Assembly: GCA_965113315.1 (NCBI GenBank)
Contig: OZ220372.1
Strand: one strand, 5' to 3'
Source of the DNA: Podarcis vaucheri
Lineage: Eukaryota
DNA: 64,000 nt
In this document: piece after piece, positions 11,551-21,468 of the stretch
How the letters are laid out: every line of letters starts with the position of its first letter
Numbering within the stretch: the stretch's first letter is position 1
Program-made: the position numbers and the translations under genes
The notes under the pieces: model-generated
Database searches by the model: none
The model's input: the letters and a program-made list of their open reading frames with translations, nothing else
Told to the model about the DNA's origin: nothing

Positions 11551-12927
11551 ACTTCTGAAACATTGAGATCATGCCCTCCAACATTATGCAGCCCAAATCC
11601 GGGACACCCACTTCCTGGCCCAAAATCCCTTGTTGAGTCATATGACCTGTGCAAGATTGCAGACCCAGAAAAAGCACTTGTTTGGGCACAGTGCCCAAAA
11701 ATGTGCATTTTGGGGTGCCATACGAGATCAAGGACCCGAAAAAGCATTTCGGGGTGAGATCCTGGACCCAATTAATGCAAGAGCAAGGAGCCCGAAATGA
11801 CGATCATGCTCTCATAGGGAGAAAACTGGGTGTCCTGGATTTTTCCAGGGCAGTTAACAGGTATATGATATGCCATGATAGTAGAATGACACAATGTTCC
11901 TATTAAAAACTGATTGCTTCTATCAGCATTAACGTAAGTGGGCAAAAAACGGTTGGAGATGTTGATGCTGGAGTTTCAGAGCTGTGAAGCTTTCATAAAT
12001 TAACACCATCACATTGGAAAGGGCAATGTATTTCTGTGACACGCTTGTCCTCTCCACAGGCTGAACTATGCTGCTGGAAATTGGTTCAGATCTAAAAAAG
12101 AAAAACTAGCAAGGAATTCTTTCCAAAACACCACAATTAAAAACAAAACACAGTTCCGCTTTATGTTTTCCATTACTCTGCCCTCTTTGGGTTAAAGGAT
12201 GTAACGTGGCACTTAACCTTGACTGCTTCTGTCTAGATCAGGTATCCATGTTTTCCGTTTTCCAGGAACTATCTGTGGTTCTGTTCTTGTCACTCGTTTT
12301 CTGCAGAGAGATACACTGTGCACGGCTAGCTGTTCCATGGAAAACAGCTGCCAGTGCTTGTCATGCCATCTGCGGTGTATGACTTTGGGACATAAGCAGC
12401 AGCTCTGTGGAAAAACCGTGCCAACTTCCATTCTTAGTTACAATTGCTACCCCATTGGCATCAGTGGGATGGCACCGATACAACATAGGGATCTAGCCGA
12501 TTGATTCGAGCCGCAAAATAATGAGCACCAAGGATAACCTTACCATCAGGTGACTCCAAGCATCTGCTTGCAGTGACACATTGCAGGGGGCTTGTACACC
12601 ACAAAGGCAGTTTCAATTCTCAACATGACTTTTGCACCTCACCTTTTTGTGAGGAAGATCAGAATGCATGGACCGCCGGCAGATCTGATAGCAGGCACAA
12701 TAGTTGTAAGCCCTCCTTTGGATCCTAGGTGTCGCCCCAAACATGTGAAGTGGGATCCAGAGGCAAAGTGAATCACAGTAAATATTCCCCATGTATTTCT
12801 GAATGCTGCTGCAAGAATGGACAGTGGTGTGAAAAGACCCTGGAAATCATGGAAAGTGTAATCCTGATTCCTGAACACCTACCATGATGGAGCTTTTAAC
12901 ACTTCCTGTTGCCCCACCTTATTAAGT

Positions 12928-13262
12928 GGTAGTAGTAGTAGTAGTAGTAATAGTAGTAGTAGTAGTAGTAGTAATAATAATAATTTATTATTTATACCCC
13001 GCCCATCTGGCTGGGTTTCCCCAGCCACTCTGGGCAGCTCCCAACAGAATATTAAAAATACAATAAAATATCAAACATTAAAAACTTCCCTAAACAGGAC
13101 TGCCTTCAGATGTCTTCCAAAAGTCAGATAGTTATTTATTTCCTTGACATCTGAACGGAGGGCATTCCACCGGGAGGGCACCACTGCCGAGAAGGCCCTC
13201 TGCCTGGTTCCCTGTAGCCTCACTTCTCACAGTGAGGGAATCGCCAGAAAGCCCTCAGAGCT
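12928..13262 (-). mobile_element. L2 LINE 3' end with (TAT)n/(TAC)n tail
   Basis: Reverse complement of the same L2 3' end; tail expanded into a (GTA)n microsatellite at 12928-12972. Confidence 0.9.
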
Positions 13263-13532
13263 AAACAGTGGTGGTGGAGAAGCTCCTTCAGATATACTGG
13301 TTATTAAGTTTAACTGTAGGACAGAGAATAGGTGATAACTATCTGTAGGGCACAGCAGGCATCTAGGAAAAGGCCGGATTGGGTCTGATTCTGAACGGAT
13401 CCCAGTGGAATCATGGAAATCCAGTGACCAAACATAACTCACATGGTTAGTTTGACATGTGCACATTAAATCTGTGCAAGAACCCTAGTTGATCATACAG
13501 AAAGAGAGGCTAAATGTAGCTATGAAACAGAT

Positions 13533-13676
13533 CATTGCTCAGTCGGTAGAGCATGAGACTCTTAATCTCAAGGTCGTGGGTTCAAGCCCTATGTTGGGCG
13601 AAAGATTCTTGCATTGCTGGCGGTTAGACTAGATTACCCTTGTGGTCCCTTCCAACTCTACAGTTCTAGGATTATG
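13533..13676 (+). mobile_element. tRNA-Lys(CTT)-derived SINE with CR1-like 3' tail
   Basis: GCTCAGTCGGTAGAGCATGAGACTCTTAATCTCAAGGTCGTGGGTTCAAGCCC followed by GACTAGAT..GGTCCCTTCCAACTCTA..TTCTA. The 5' acceptor stem is damaged. Confidence 0.88.
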
Positions 13677-14675
13677 TATTTTTTATTGTATCAATATAGA
13701 TTATAACAAAGTAAGAAATGGTAAATAAAAGAGTGCTTAAAACAAGGTTCAAATAATCACTATGTATCAAACTAATCATTATATAAGCAACTGGGTTAAA
13801 TCAGTGCAGGTGCTACATCCAAACAGCTCAGACTTGTTTAGCATTGGGCAAGCACAGAAAGTAGCAGCAGAAAAAGCAACACAAAGATCTGTAGTTTTGC
13901 ACGTTGCCTGGCCAGTCCTATTTAGACTGGGCTACCTGTGCTGACCTATTAATACCCTGATCAGCCACATGGAATAGCAGGTATGAAACAAATCCCAGAG
14001 TTGTCAGGTGCCAGCCCCAAACTGATATACCTGCAATACCATCTTGCTTGAAGGTCTGCATCAAATAATTGTCTCTTTTAGACCATAAGAAAAATCGATA
14101 GGTCTTACTAGGTGGATTTCTCGCAAGAAATGTATTCTCCAGAATGCAAGAAGGTTTTCATCATGCACATGCTTTTTCAAAAGTCCCATTGAATTCAGGG
14201 AGAATTCCTTCCGAGTAAACAAACTTAGGATCCATGTCATTGGCAGCACAATCCTACACACGTTCACACAGAAGCACATTCTGTCCTGTTCAGTGGGGCT
14301 TACTCCCAGGGAAAGTGTGCATAGGGTTGCAGCCTGGTCTCTGGCTGTGTACACACCATATGTTTATAGCACCCCACCAAAGATTGACTGTAGTTTTTAA
14401 GGGTGCTGGGAGCTGTAGTCCTGCCAGCAGGTGAAGATCTTCTTCCAACAGGCTTGGGGGAATTGACTGCTTTAAATGAAAGTTCTGGAACTGTGCTGAT
14501 TGTAATTATGTGTATGTTTCAAACTGATTTTATATATGTATGCAGTTTCAATTCTATTAATGTTTCATTGTTTATTAAATGGTTTATTTCTTTATTTCTT
14601 TTTTTAAGCGATTCTTGTTTTTATCTGTAAGTTGCTTAGAGTCCTGTAAGGGGAAAAGGTGGGGTATAAATAAAT

Positions 14676-15023
14676 CAGGAGTGCCTGGCCAGTGTGGTGT
14701 AGTGGTTAAGAGCGGTAGTCTCGTAATCTGGGGAACCGGGTTTGCGTCTCTGCTCCTCCACATGCAGCTGCTGGGTGACCTTGGGCCAGTCACACTTCTC
14801 TGACGTCTCTCAGCACCACTCACCTCACAGAGTGTTTGTTGTGGGGGAGGAAGGGAAAGGAGAATGTTAGCCGCTTTGAGACTCCTGAAGGGGAGTGAAA
14901 GGCGGGATATCAAATCCAAACTCCTCCTCCTCCTCCTCTTCTTCTTCTTCTTCTTCTTCTTCTTCTGGCGTGGTTTGGTCCATGGGGTCACAAAGAGTCG
15001 GACATGACTAAACAACAACAACA
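14676..15023 (+). mobile_element. Bov-B (RTE) 3' end, interrupted by a SINE
   Basis: CAGGAGTGCCTGGC | CTGGCGTG..GGTCCATGGGGTCACAAAGAGTCGGACATGACTAAAC(AAC)n. TSD ATAAATAAATCA (14666-14677, 15024-15035). Confidence 0.85.
14688..14965 (+). mobile_element. tRNA-derived SINE with CORE-like body and (TTC)n tail
   Basis: A box GTGGTGTAGTGG, B-box-like GGTTTGCGTC, GGGTGACCTTGGGCCAGTCAC. Near-identical copies at 26973 and 38497. Confidence 0.9.
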
Positions 15024-15774
15024 ATAAATAAATCAACAACAACATGTAATGTGAATTCCCAGCTATTAACAGGTGTCCCTGTGTCACTGTGAGTGGAAAG
15101 CAGAGGAGAACTATTTTCAAACAGAAGGTACATTCCAGTTCACATAGGTTTAAAATAAAGGAGAAAAACAGGGAGAACTGCTCTGAGGGCTCCTCCAGAC
15201 CACCTGTTTATTTAGCATTCATCCTGATTTGCTGGTCTTTATTGATTTTTGTTCTGGTTAATTTATGGCGTAGTTATACGACTGCACTCATCCTGCTTTG
15301 CTTGCAGGGTATTTACACAGATTTGTTGTGCTGGAGTAGTAGGGAATGAGGTGGGATGCTCTTCCCGTGCCAGTGAGCAAGGAGGCCAAAGTGGCTGTTG
15401 TAGATCTCTCCATAGGGAGCACCATGGAACCAACTCTCCCTGACCTGGGTATCCAGAAAAAGGCGGTTTTCCAGGGAGGAAAGAAGAGGACACCCCTCAT
15501 TGGTGCTGCTGAGATGCTACAATTTGTACTGGTGGTGGCAGGCACTCCCATTCATTCAATGGGGCATTTGAACCTGATGCGACTTGGAGGCACAGGAGCC
15601 AACTTCTAGGGGCTCAGGTAGCCCCCCATAAAATATTTGAGTGCTGGACCCCCATGGACAGGGGAGGCAGCTGCCACCCCCAATCAAGTAAATAAAAAAA
15701 TACCTAACTAACCAATCACACTGCAGATAATTCAGTTCTGCTCCCTAACAATACATCAAGGTATACCTCCATAA

Positions 15775-16168
15775 TACCTCAAGGACTGCCTCTTCCCATG
15801 TGAACCTACCCGGACCCAGAGAACATCTTCTGAGGCCCTCCTTCGTGCACCTCCTCAAGAGATGCAGAGGGTGGCAACACAAGAATTGGCCTTTTCTGCA
15901 GTGGCTCCCCATCTGTGGAATGGTCTCCCTAGGAAAATCAATCTGGCACCTTCATTATACACCTTTAGGCGCCAGGCAAAAATGTTCCTTTTTAACCAGG
16001 CCTTGGGCTGACCTGATTGACCTCCTATACCCTTTTAGAATGTGGCTCTTTTTGTGTGTGTTATTGTTCTTATTTTAATTGTATATATTGTGATCTTTTC
16101 TGTGATCCACCCTGAGACCTCTGGGTATAGGGCACTATATAAATTCAATAAAATAAATAAATAGAATA
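15775..16168 (+). mobile_element. L2 LINE 3' fragment (older)
   Basis: TACCTCAAGGACTGCCTC...GCCTTTTCTGCAGTGGCTCCCCATCTGTGGAAT...TATAAATTCAATAAAATAAATAAA. Confidence 0.75.
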
Positions 16169-16253
16169 AATCCTGGCTATGCCCACGCATCCCTCCCCCA
16201 AGTTGATGGGCATCACCATTCAAATGGTGGGTGGGTGTGCCCTGCCGTGTGGG

Positions 16254-16300
16254 GTAAGGTAAAGGTAAAGGACCCCTGGATGGTTAAGTCCAGTCAAAGG
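16254..16300 (-). mobile_element. Sauria SINE 3' tail fragment
   Basis: (GGTAAA)n followed by GGACCCCTGGATGGTTAAGTCCAGTC. Confidence 0.7.
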
Positions 16301-16330
16301 CTTACCTGCAAACCCTGCCCCACCCCAATA

Positions 16331-16543
16331 CAGTGGTACCTCGGGTTAAGAACTTAATTCGTTCCGGAGGTCTGTTCTTAACTTGAAACTGTTCTTAACC
16401 TGAGGTACCACTTTAGCTAATGGGGCTTCCTGCTGCTGCCGCGCCGCAAGATTTCTGTTCTCATCCTGAAGCAAAGTTCTTAACCCGAGGTACTATTTCT
16501 GGGTTAGCGGAGTCTGTAACCTGAAGCATATGTAACCCGAGGT
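16331..16543. mobile_element. Tigger/pogo-like MITE, family A; right TIR broken by Bov-B
   Basis: TA|CAGTGGTACCTCGGGTTAAG...TAACCCGAGGT; the remaining ACTG-TA reappears at 16955-16960. Confidence 0.88.
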
Positions 16544-16954
16544 GGTTGTTGTTTAGTCATTTAGTTGTGTCCGACTCTTTGTGACTCCATGGACCAGAAC
16601 ATGCCAGGCACTCCTGTCTTCCACTGCCTCCCGCAGTTTGGTCAAACTCATGCTGGTAGCTTCGAGAACACTGTCCAACCATGTCGTCCCCTTCTCCTTG
16701 TGCCCTCCATCTTTCCCAACATCAGGGTCTTTTTCAGGGAGTCTTCTCTTCTCATGAGGTGGCCTCTTCATGGATCACTGCCTTGCCATGGCGAAGGAGC
16801 TTGGATAACTCAGAGAAGCTATGAGCTATGCGGTGCAGGGCCACCCAAGATGGACAGGTCATAGTGGAGAGTTTTGACCAAACGTGATCCACCTGGAGCA
16901 GGAACCGGCAAGCCACTCCAGTATCCCTGCCAAGAAAACTCCATGACAAAGACA
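16544..16954 (-). mobile_element. Bov-B (RTE) insertion: 3' end on minus strand joined to inverted 5'-region sequence
   Basis: 16544-~16763 is the Bov-B 3' end reversed ((GTT)n tail; WLDSVLEATSMSLTKLREAVEDRSAW). ~16763-16954 reads CATGGATCACTGCCTTG..GGGCCACCCAAGATGGACAGGTCATAGTGGAGAG, Bov-B 5' region, on +. Confidence 0.82.
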
Positions 16955-16989
16955 ACTGTATTTTATTCAAGTTAGCATCCCTGCTTGGA

Positions 16990-19510
16990 TGCGTGGCCGA
17001 GGATCCAGGACGTGGCCGAATGGTTGCCCCCCACATCCTGTCCCTACGATCCTGATCTAGTTATGGGGCAATTTGTGCCCCCCCCAACACCCCCAAACCC
17101 TTCAGGGCGCAGTTCAGCGTCCTTAGGCGCGCTCATGGCTCGGCCGCTCGCGTGCCTGCCTTCCCCGCCGCGTCCTGGCCTCGCCTCTTCTCCTCTCCCG
17201 CCGCCGGGAGCCTTGGAGATGTTGCGGCTCAGGCAGCAGGCGCCTCCCCGCCGCCCGGCAGCCTCCGCCCCACTCGGCGAGGGCGGTGGCGGCGGCAGCG
17301 GCTCCTGGTCGAGCCTCCCCGGCTGCCCTTGACACCAATCCCCCTCGGAGCGGCAACAAAAAGCAGGCAGGGGCAGGTGGCGGAGAGGGACGGCGGCGCG
17401 CCTCCTCCTCCTCCTTCCGCGCGCGGCCTCCCAGCGACTCCAGCCCGAGGCGGCCGCGGCGCACAAAAGGCCCCGTGTCTTTCGTGCCGCCTCTTTTCTT
17501 TCGCGGCGGCGGCGGCGGCGGCCTCTGCAGGCCACGTCATGGGGAAATAAATAAATATCGCCCCATTCAGCCAGTGGCAGCGAGCAGGAACCGGCGGCGG
17601 CGGCGGCTGGAAGATTAGGACCAGCCCACCCAAACTAGACACACACAGAGAGGGAGACCAAGCCAGGTAACGTAAAACGGAGCCATCCAGTTCATCTTTT
17701 TTTTTTTTTAATTAACAAAATAGATGGGCAGGGCGGCCGGGTTTCTAGGCAGAAGGGGGCCGCCGTCTGTTCCAGCCCCATTGTCTCCGCCGCTTCGTGT
17801 TTGAATGTCCCTGCTTCTGCCGCCCGAGTGTGTTGCTAACTGTGTCGGAATGGTGTCGCTTAAGCAACGAGAAGAGCGCCTGGTCTGCTGCTGCTGCTGC
17901 CGCCGCCGCCGCCGCGATCGCGTTGGCTTTGGGATGCGAGGCGCCCAAGTCCCAGCTCACACTGTGGATGATGCATCACACACGGGGGAAGCGGGCAGAG
18001 CAGGCGCGAGGGGTGCGGGGTGGGCGGGAGACCCACACTATGAACGGCGCCCGCCGGCAAAGGAGCAGCGGGGAGTTGCAAGCAGAACACGGTGCCCACC
18101 CCCGTCCCCGTGGATGAGAAGGATGGATGGGGAGCGCGGTCAGAGCTCGCCTCTCTGCCAGCCCCCGTCCGATCAGTGACCTCCAGAGATGTACCCCGTG
18201 GAGAGCGCGCAATGGCACTCACCCACGTAGACCCAAGTGACAGATGCCCATCCGAACCACCATATGCCCCTTAGAGCCACTCCCACGCTCCCACGTAACC
18301 CCCCCCCTAAAACATAGGAGCCAACATAATTTATTGGAGGGGCCGCTCCCAAAGTGGATGGGCATTGCCATGGTGCGCGCGCGCGCGCTGCGTCGTCATG
18401 TGGCCTGGGGCTCACCTGAGCGCCCCAACATTTTATTCAAGCTGGCACCACGTTGCGTGTGCGCGCCCGATCACAACCGATCCCCCCCCCTCTCCTCCCC
18501 ATCACGTTGCTCCCCGGTTCCAGTCTTTAGCTAGCGGGATACGCACGCCTGCAGCTCTGCTGCTTTTCGAAGAGGGGCTCTTCTTTCTCTCCCCCCCCCC
18601 ACCAAAAGGAGCCATTTTGAATGGGGGAGTGGGTGGCACGGTGGAGAAGGAAGGAGCTGCTTGCCTGGGCCGGGCACCGTGGCTTGCAAGAGCTGCGGGT
18701 TTGTGGCTGGTTGGGTGGGTAGGCAGAACGCGTGCCGCTACGTCGCTGGTGCGCCTTTGTGTCTGCGCTGCCGCAGCAGGCGGAGGTGGCTAAGGCATCG
18801 CTCGCGTGTGCGCGCGGGTCTCCTTCTGGAGCTCCTTGCCGAGCGCGGCCCTTGCCTCCGCCTCCGCGCCGCGAGGGGACTCGGGGTGGCTAGGATCAGG
18901 CGGTGTATTTCTGGGCAGGCAGGTCTGCCTGGGACTGGCTTTTCTTTCTCTACCCCCCCCCCCCGCTTCTTGGTAGTCAAATCCTCCAAGGGTCAGGCGC
19001 CTGGAGCCGGATGATGCTCTTCGCGCTGGGCGGGGAGGCGGCGCGTCAGAGGCGCGCGTGGATGGCCTGCCTTTGCGCAGCGCGTCTCCTGGTTTCCAAG
19101 GCCCCACCTCGCCGGCGGCCAATGGGAGGCGCGCGGCGGCCAGCAAGGCTTGCGAGGGGATGAAGGAAGCGAGAACTCGATCCGTCGGCGAAGGGAGGGA
19201 CGCCGACGTCACGAGAGAGGGGGGCTTGGCCGGCAAGCTGCAGCCGGTTGGCTCTGGCGGGCGCCAGGCCATGTGGAGCGCGGCGCAGCAGCCGCTGGCA
19301 CCGCCGTCGGCCCGCACGCCGGAGAAGGGCACGCCAGGCTCCTCGCAGATGCAGCCTCCTCATTCATTGCTGGCGCCTCCGCAGGGCAGCTTGACCTTGC
19401 CGGGCAGTTTCCGTTTCGCGCCGCCTGCGGAGCTCCGGAGCTGTCCAAAGAAATCGTGTGCACGTTTGTTTGTTTTTTTGCGGGGGGGGGGAATCGGCTC
19501 CACGGATCTG
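16990..19510. promoter_or_regulatory. CpG island, probable gene promoter region
   Basis: About 2.5 kb very rich in GC and CpG within a CpG-depleted AT-rich background, with no repeat hallmarks. Contains a GC box (GGGGCGGAG on minus near 17265), a (GC)n NRF1-like run near 18374, YY1-like GCCATTTTG at 18611, GGCCAATGGG near 19117 and CRE-like GACGTCAC near 19205. Confidence 0.85.
17100..17666 (+). other. Candidate non-coding first exon (5' UTR) of an unidentified gene; start uncertain
   Basis: GC-rich segment with (GGC)n tracts ending in donor CAG|GTAACG (GT at 17667-17668). No recognisable coding sequence. Confidence 0.45.
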
Positions 19511-19714
19511 GAGGGGGCTTTCTTCTGAGTAAATAGATCAGGCAGTAAAGGAGGAATCTAACGTAGGATGGTGGGTTTTGTCATGGTCGTGTGATCCTCA
19601 ATTCATTTCATTTGCAAGGTCATTGGCTTATAGGGGACCGTCAGCATAGTGGCTTTGCTGCCGGGACTTGTATGTGAGGCTCTGAATAGTGGTGGCCTTA
19701 GGAGTCGACTCCAG

Positions 19715-19803
19715 TAAGAGTCTAAGGACACTTTAAAAACGTGATACATTTGTTGTTACTTGAGCTTTCCAGGACTAGAGCCTACTTCTAGGTGCATGAA
19801 GTG
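19715..19803 (-). mobile_element. Degenerate Penelope-like terminal fragment
   Basis: CACTTTAAAAAC..ACATTTGTTGT..GAGCTTTC..GGACTAGAGCCTACTTC..GGTGCATGAAG resembles a decayed PLE terminus, related in layout to 43077-43277. Confidence 0.5.
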
Positions 19804-20142
19804 CTTTGTTCCAAAAATATGAAAAACAAGCATTGCATCATATTGTAGTTGGGCTGAACTGGGTGGGTGGGGGAGCGGTCAATCTTGCCCTGAATATAGA
19901 AATATTTAACCAAACCAGTTTAGCCAGTTCCATTTCAACTTCACTTTTTCCTTTCCTCAAACTTAAACCACACAACCTTAATATAAGAGCTGTTGATAAG
20001 GAAATCATTTATTTAAGCAGAGTGGTTTCTGAGGCTTTAAAGAAACAGCAACATAGAAATGATATTTAGAACAGAAAATGTTTTCTCAAAACCATCTGAA
20101 TTGCATTGTTTTACATCAGGACCCATGGCCAATAAGCGGTGC

Positions 20143-20272
20143 ATCAATGGTGGGGAACCTGTGATCCTTAAGATTCTAGTCTCCATCATTCCTGGCCATT
20201 GGTCATACTGGCTGGGGCTGATGGGAGCTGGAGTCCAGTGACATCGGCAGGGCCATAGGTTCCCCATTCCTG
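20143..20272. mobile_element. Old hAT-type MITE
   Basis: GGTGGGGAACCTGTG...CATAGGTTCCCCATTCCTG with the CATCA/TGATGGGAG core shared with 978-1113. Confidence 0.65.
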
Positions 20273-20701
20273 TAGTCAGAAGAGTCCCAAGTCATCTTGC
20301 TGCCTGAGGCAGAGGACAAGAAGTCATTCCCATTCTTAGTACTAAGGTGAGCCAAATTGGCTATTGCATCTTCAGCCCTGGTGATGGACAGCATCCTTTG
20401 CTGAACCTGAGACAACAGGCTAGCTTAGGGGCACAAGGCAGATCACATGGAGCTCTTTCCTCTTAACATCTTGCTGCAGCATCCCAGCATTTGCCTCCTG
20501 AGGCAGCTTCCTCACACTGTCTAATAGTAGGTCTGGCTCTGCGTGTAGTAAGACCCTCTAGTGAAACCTGCTGATGAATCTCACCTGAGTCCTTGGGCAC
20601 CACAAGTCAAGATGGTGCCCTCAAGAGCTGAAAGGTCCTGACATCCATTGAACTTTATCAGAAATAAAAACATACAGCGCACCATAACCATGCATAGCAA
20701 A

Positions 20702-21468
20702 ATAGAATCATAGAATCATAGAGTTGGAAGAGACCACAAGGGCCATCGAGTCCAACCCCCTGACAAGCAGGAAACACCATCAGAGCACTCCTGACATATG
20801 GTTGTCAAGCCTCTGCTTAAAGACCTCCAAAGTAGGAGACTCCACCACACTCCTTGGCAGCAAATTCCACTGTCGAACAGCTCTTACTGTCAGGAAGTTC
20901 TTCCTAATGTTTAGGTGGAATCTTCTTTCTTGTAGTTTGGATCCATTGCTCCGTGTCCGCTTCTCTGGAGCAGCAGAAAACAACCTTTCTCCCTCCTCTA
21001 TGTGACATCCTTTTATATATTTGAACATGGCTATCATATCACCCCTTAACCTCCTCTTCTCCAGGCTAAACATGCCCAGCTCCCTTAGCCATTCCTCATA
21101 AGGCATCGTTTCCAGGCCTTTGACCATTTTGATTGCCCTCCTCTGGACACGTTCCAGTTTGTCTGTGTCCTTCTTGAATTGTGGTGCCCAGAACTGGACA
21201 CAGTACTCCAGGTGAGGTCTGACCAGAGCAGAATACAGTGGCACTATTACTTCCCTTGATCTAGATGCTATACTCCTATTGATGCAGCCCAGAATTGCAT
21301 TGGCTTTTTTAGCTGCCGCGTCACACTGTTGGCTCATGTCAAGTTTGTGGTCAACCAAGACTCCTAGATCCTTATCACATGTACTGCTCTCAAGCCAGGT
21401 GTCACCCACCTTGTATTTGTGCCTCTCATTTTTTTTGCCCAAGTGCAATACTTTACATTTCTCCCTGT
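20702..21468 (-). mobile_element. CR1 LINE, 5'-truncated, ORF2 C-terminus open (~230 aa)
   Basis: [58 protein letters not shown]; (ATTCTATG)n octamer tail at 20702-20721. Confidence 0.97.

Noticed and set aside
13533-13610. tRNA-Lys(CTT) gene
   Set aside because: The 5' acceptor stem is broken, the T-stem is mutated, and it runs into a CR1-type tail; it is a SINE head.
16985-19536. Many overlapping 80-180 aa ORFs
   Set aside because: Low-complexity Ala/Arg/Gly/Pro products expected from stop-poor GC-rich DNA; none recognisable.
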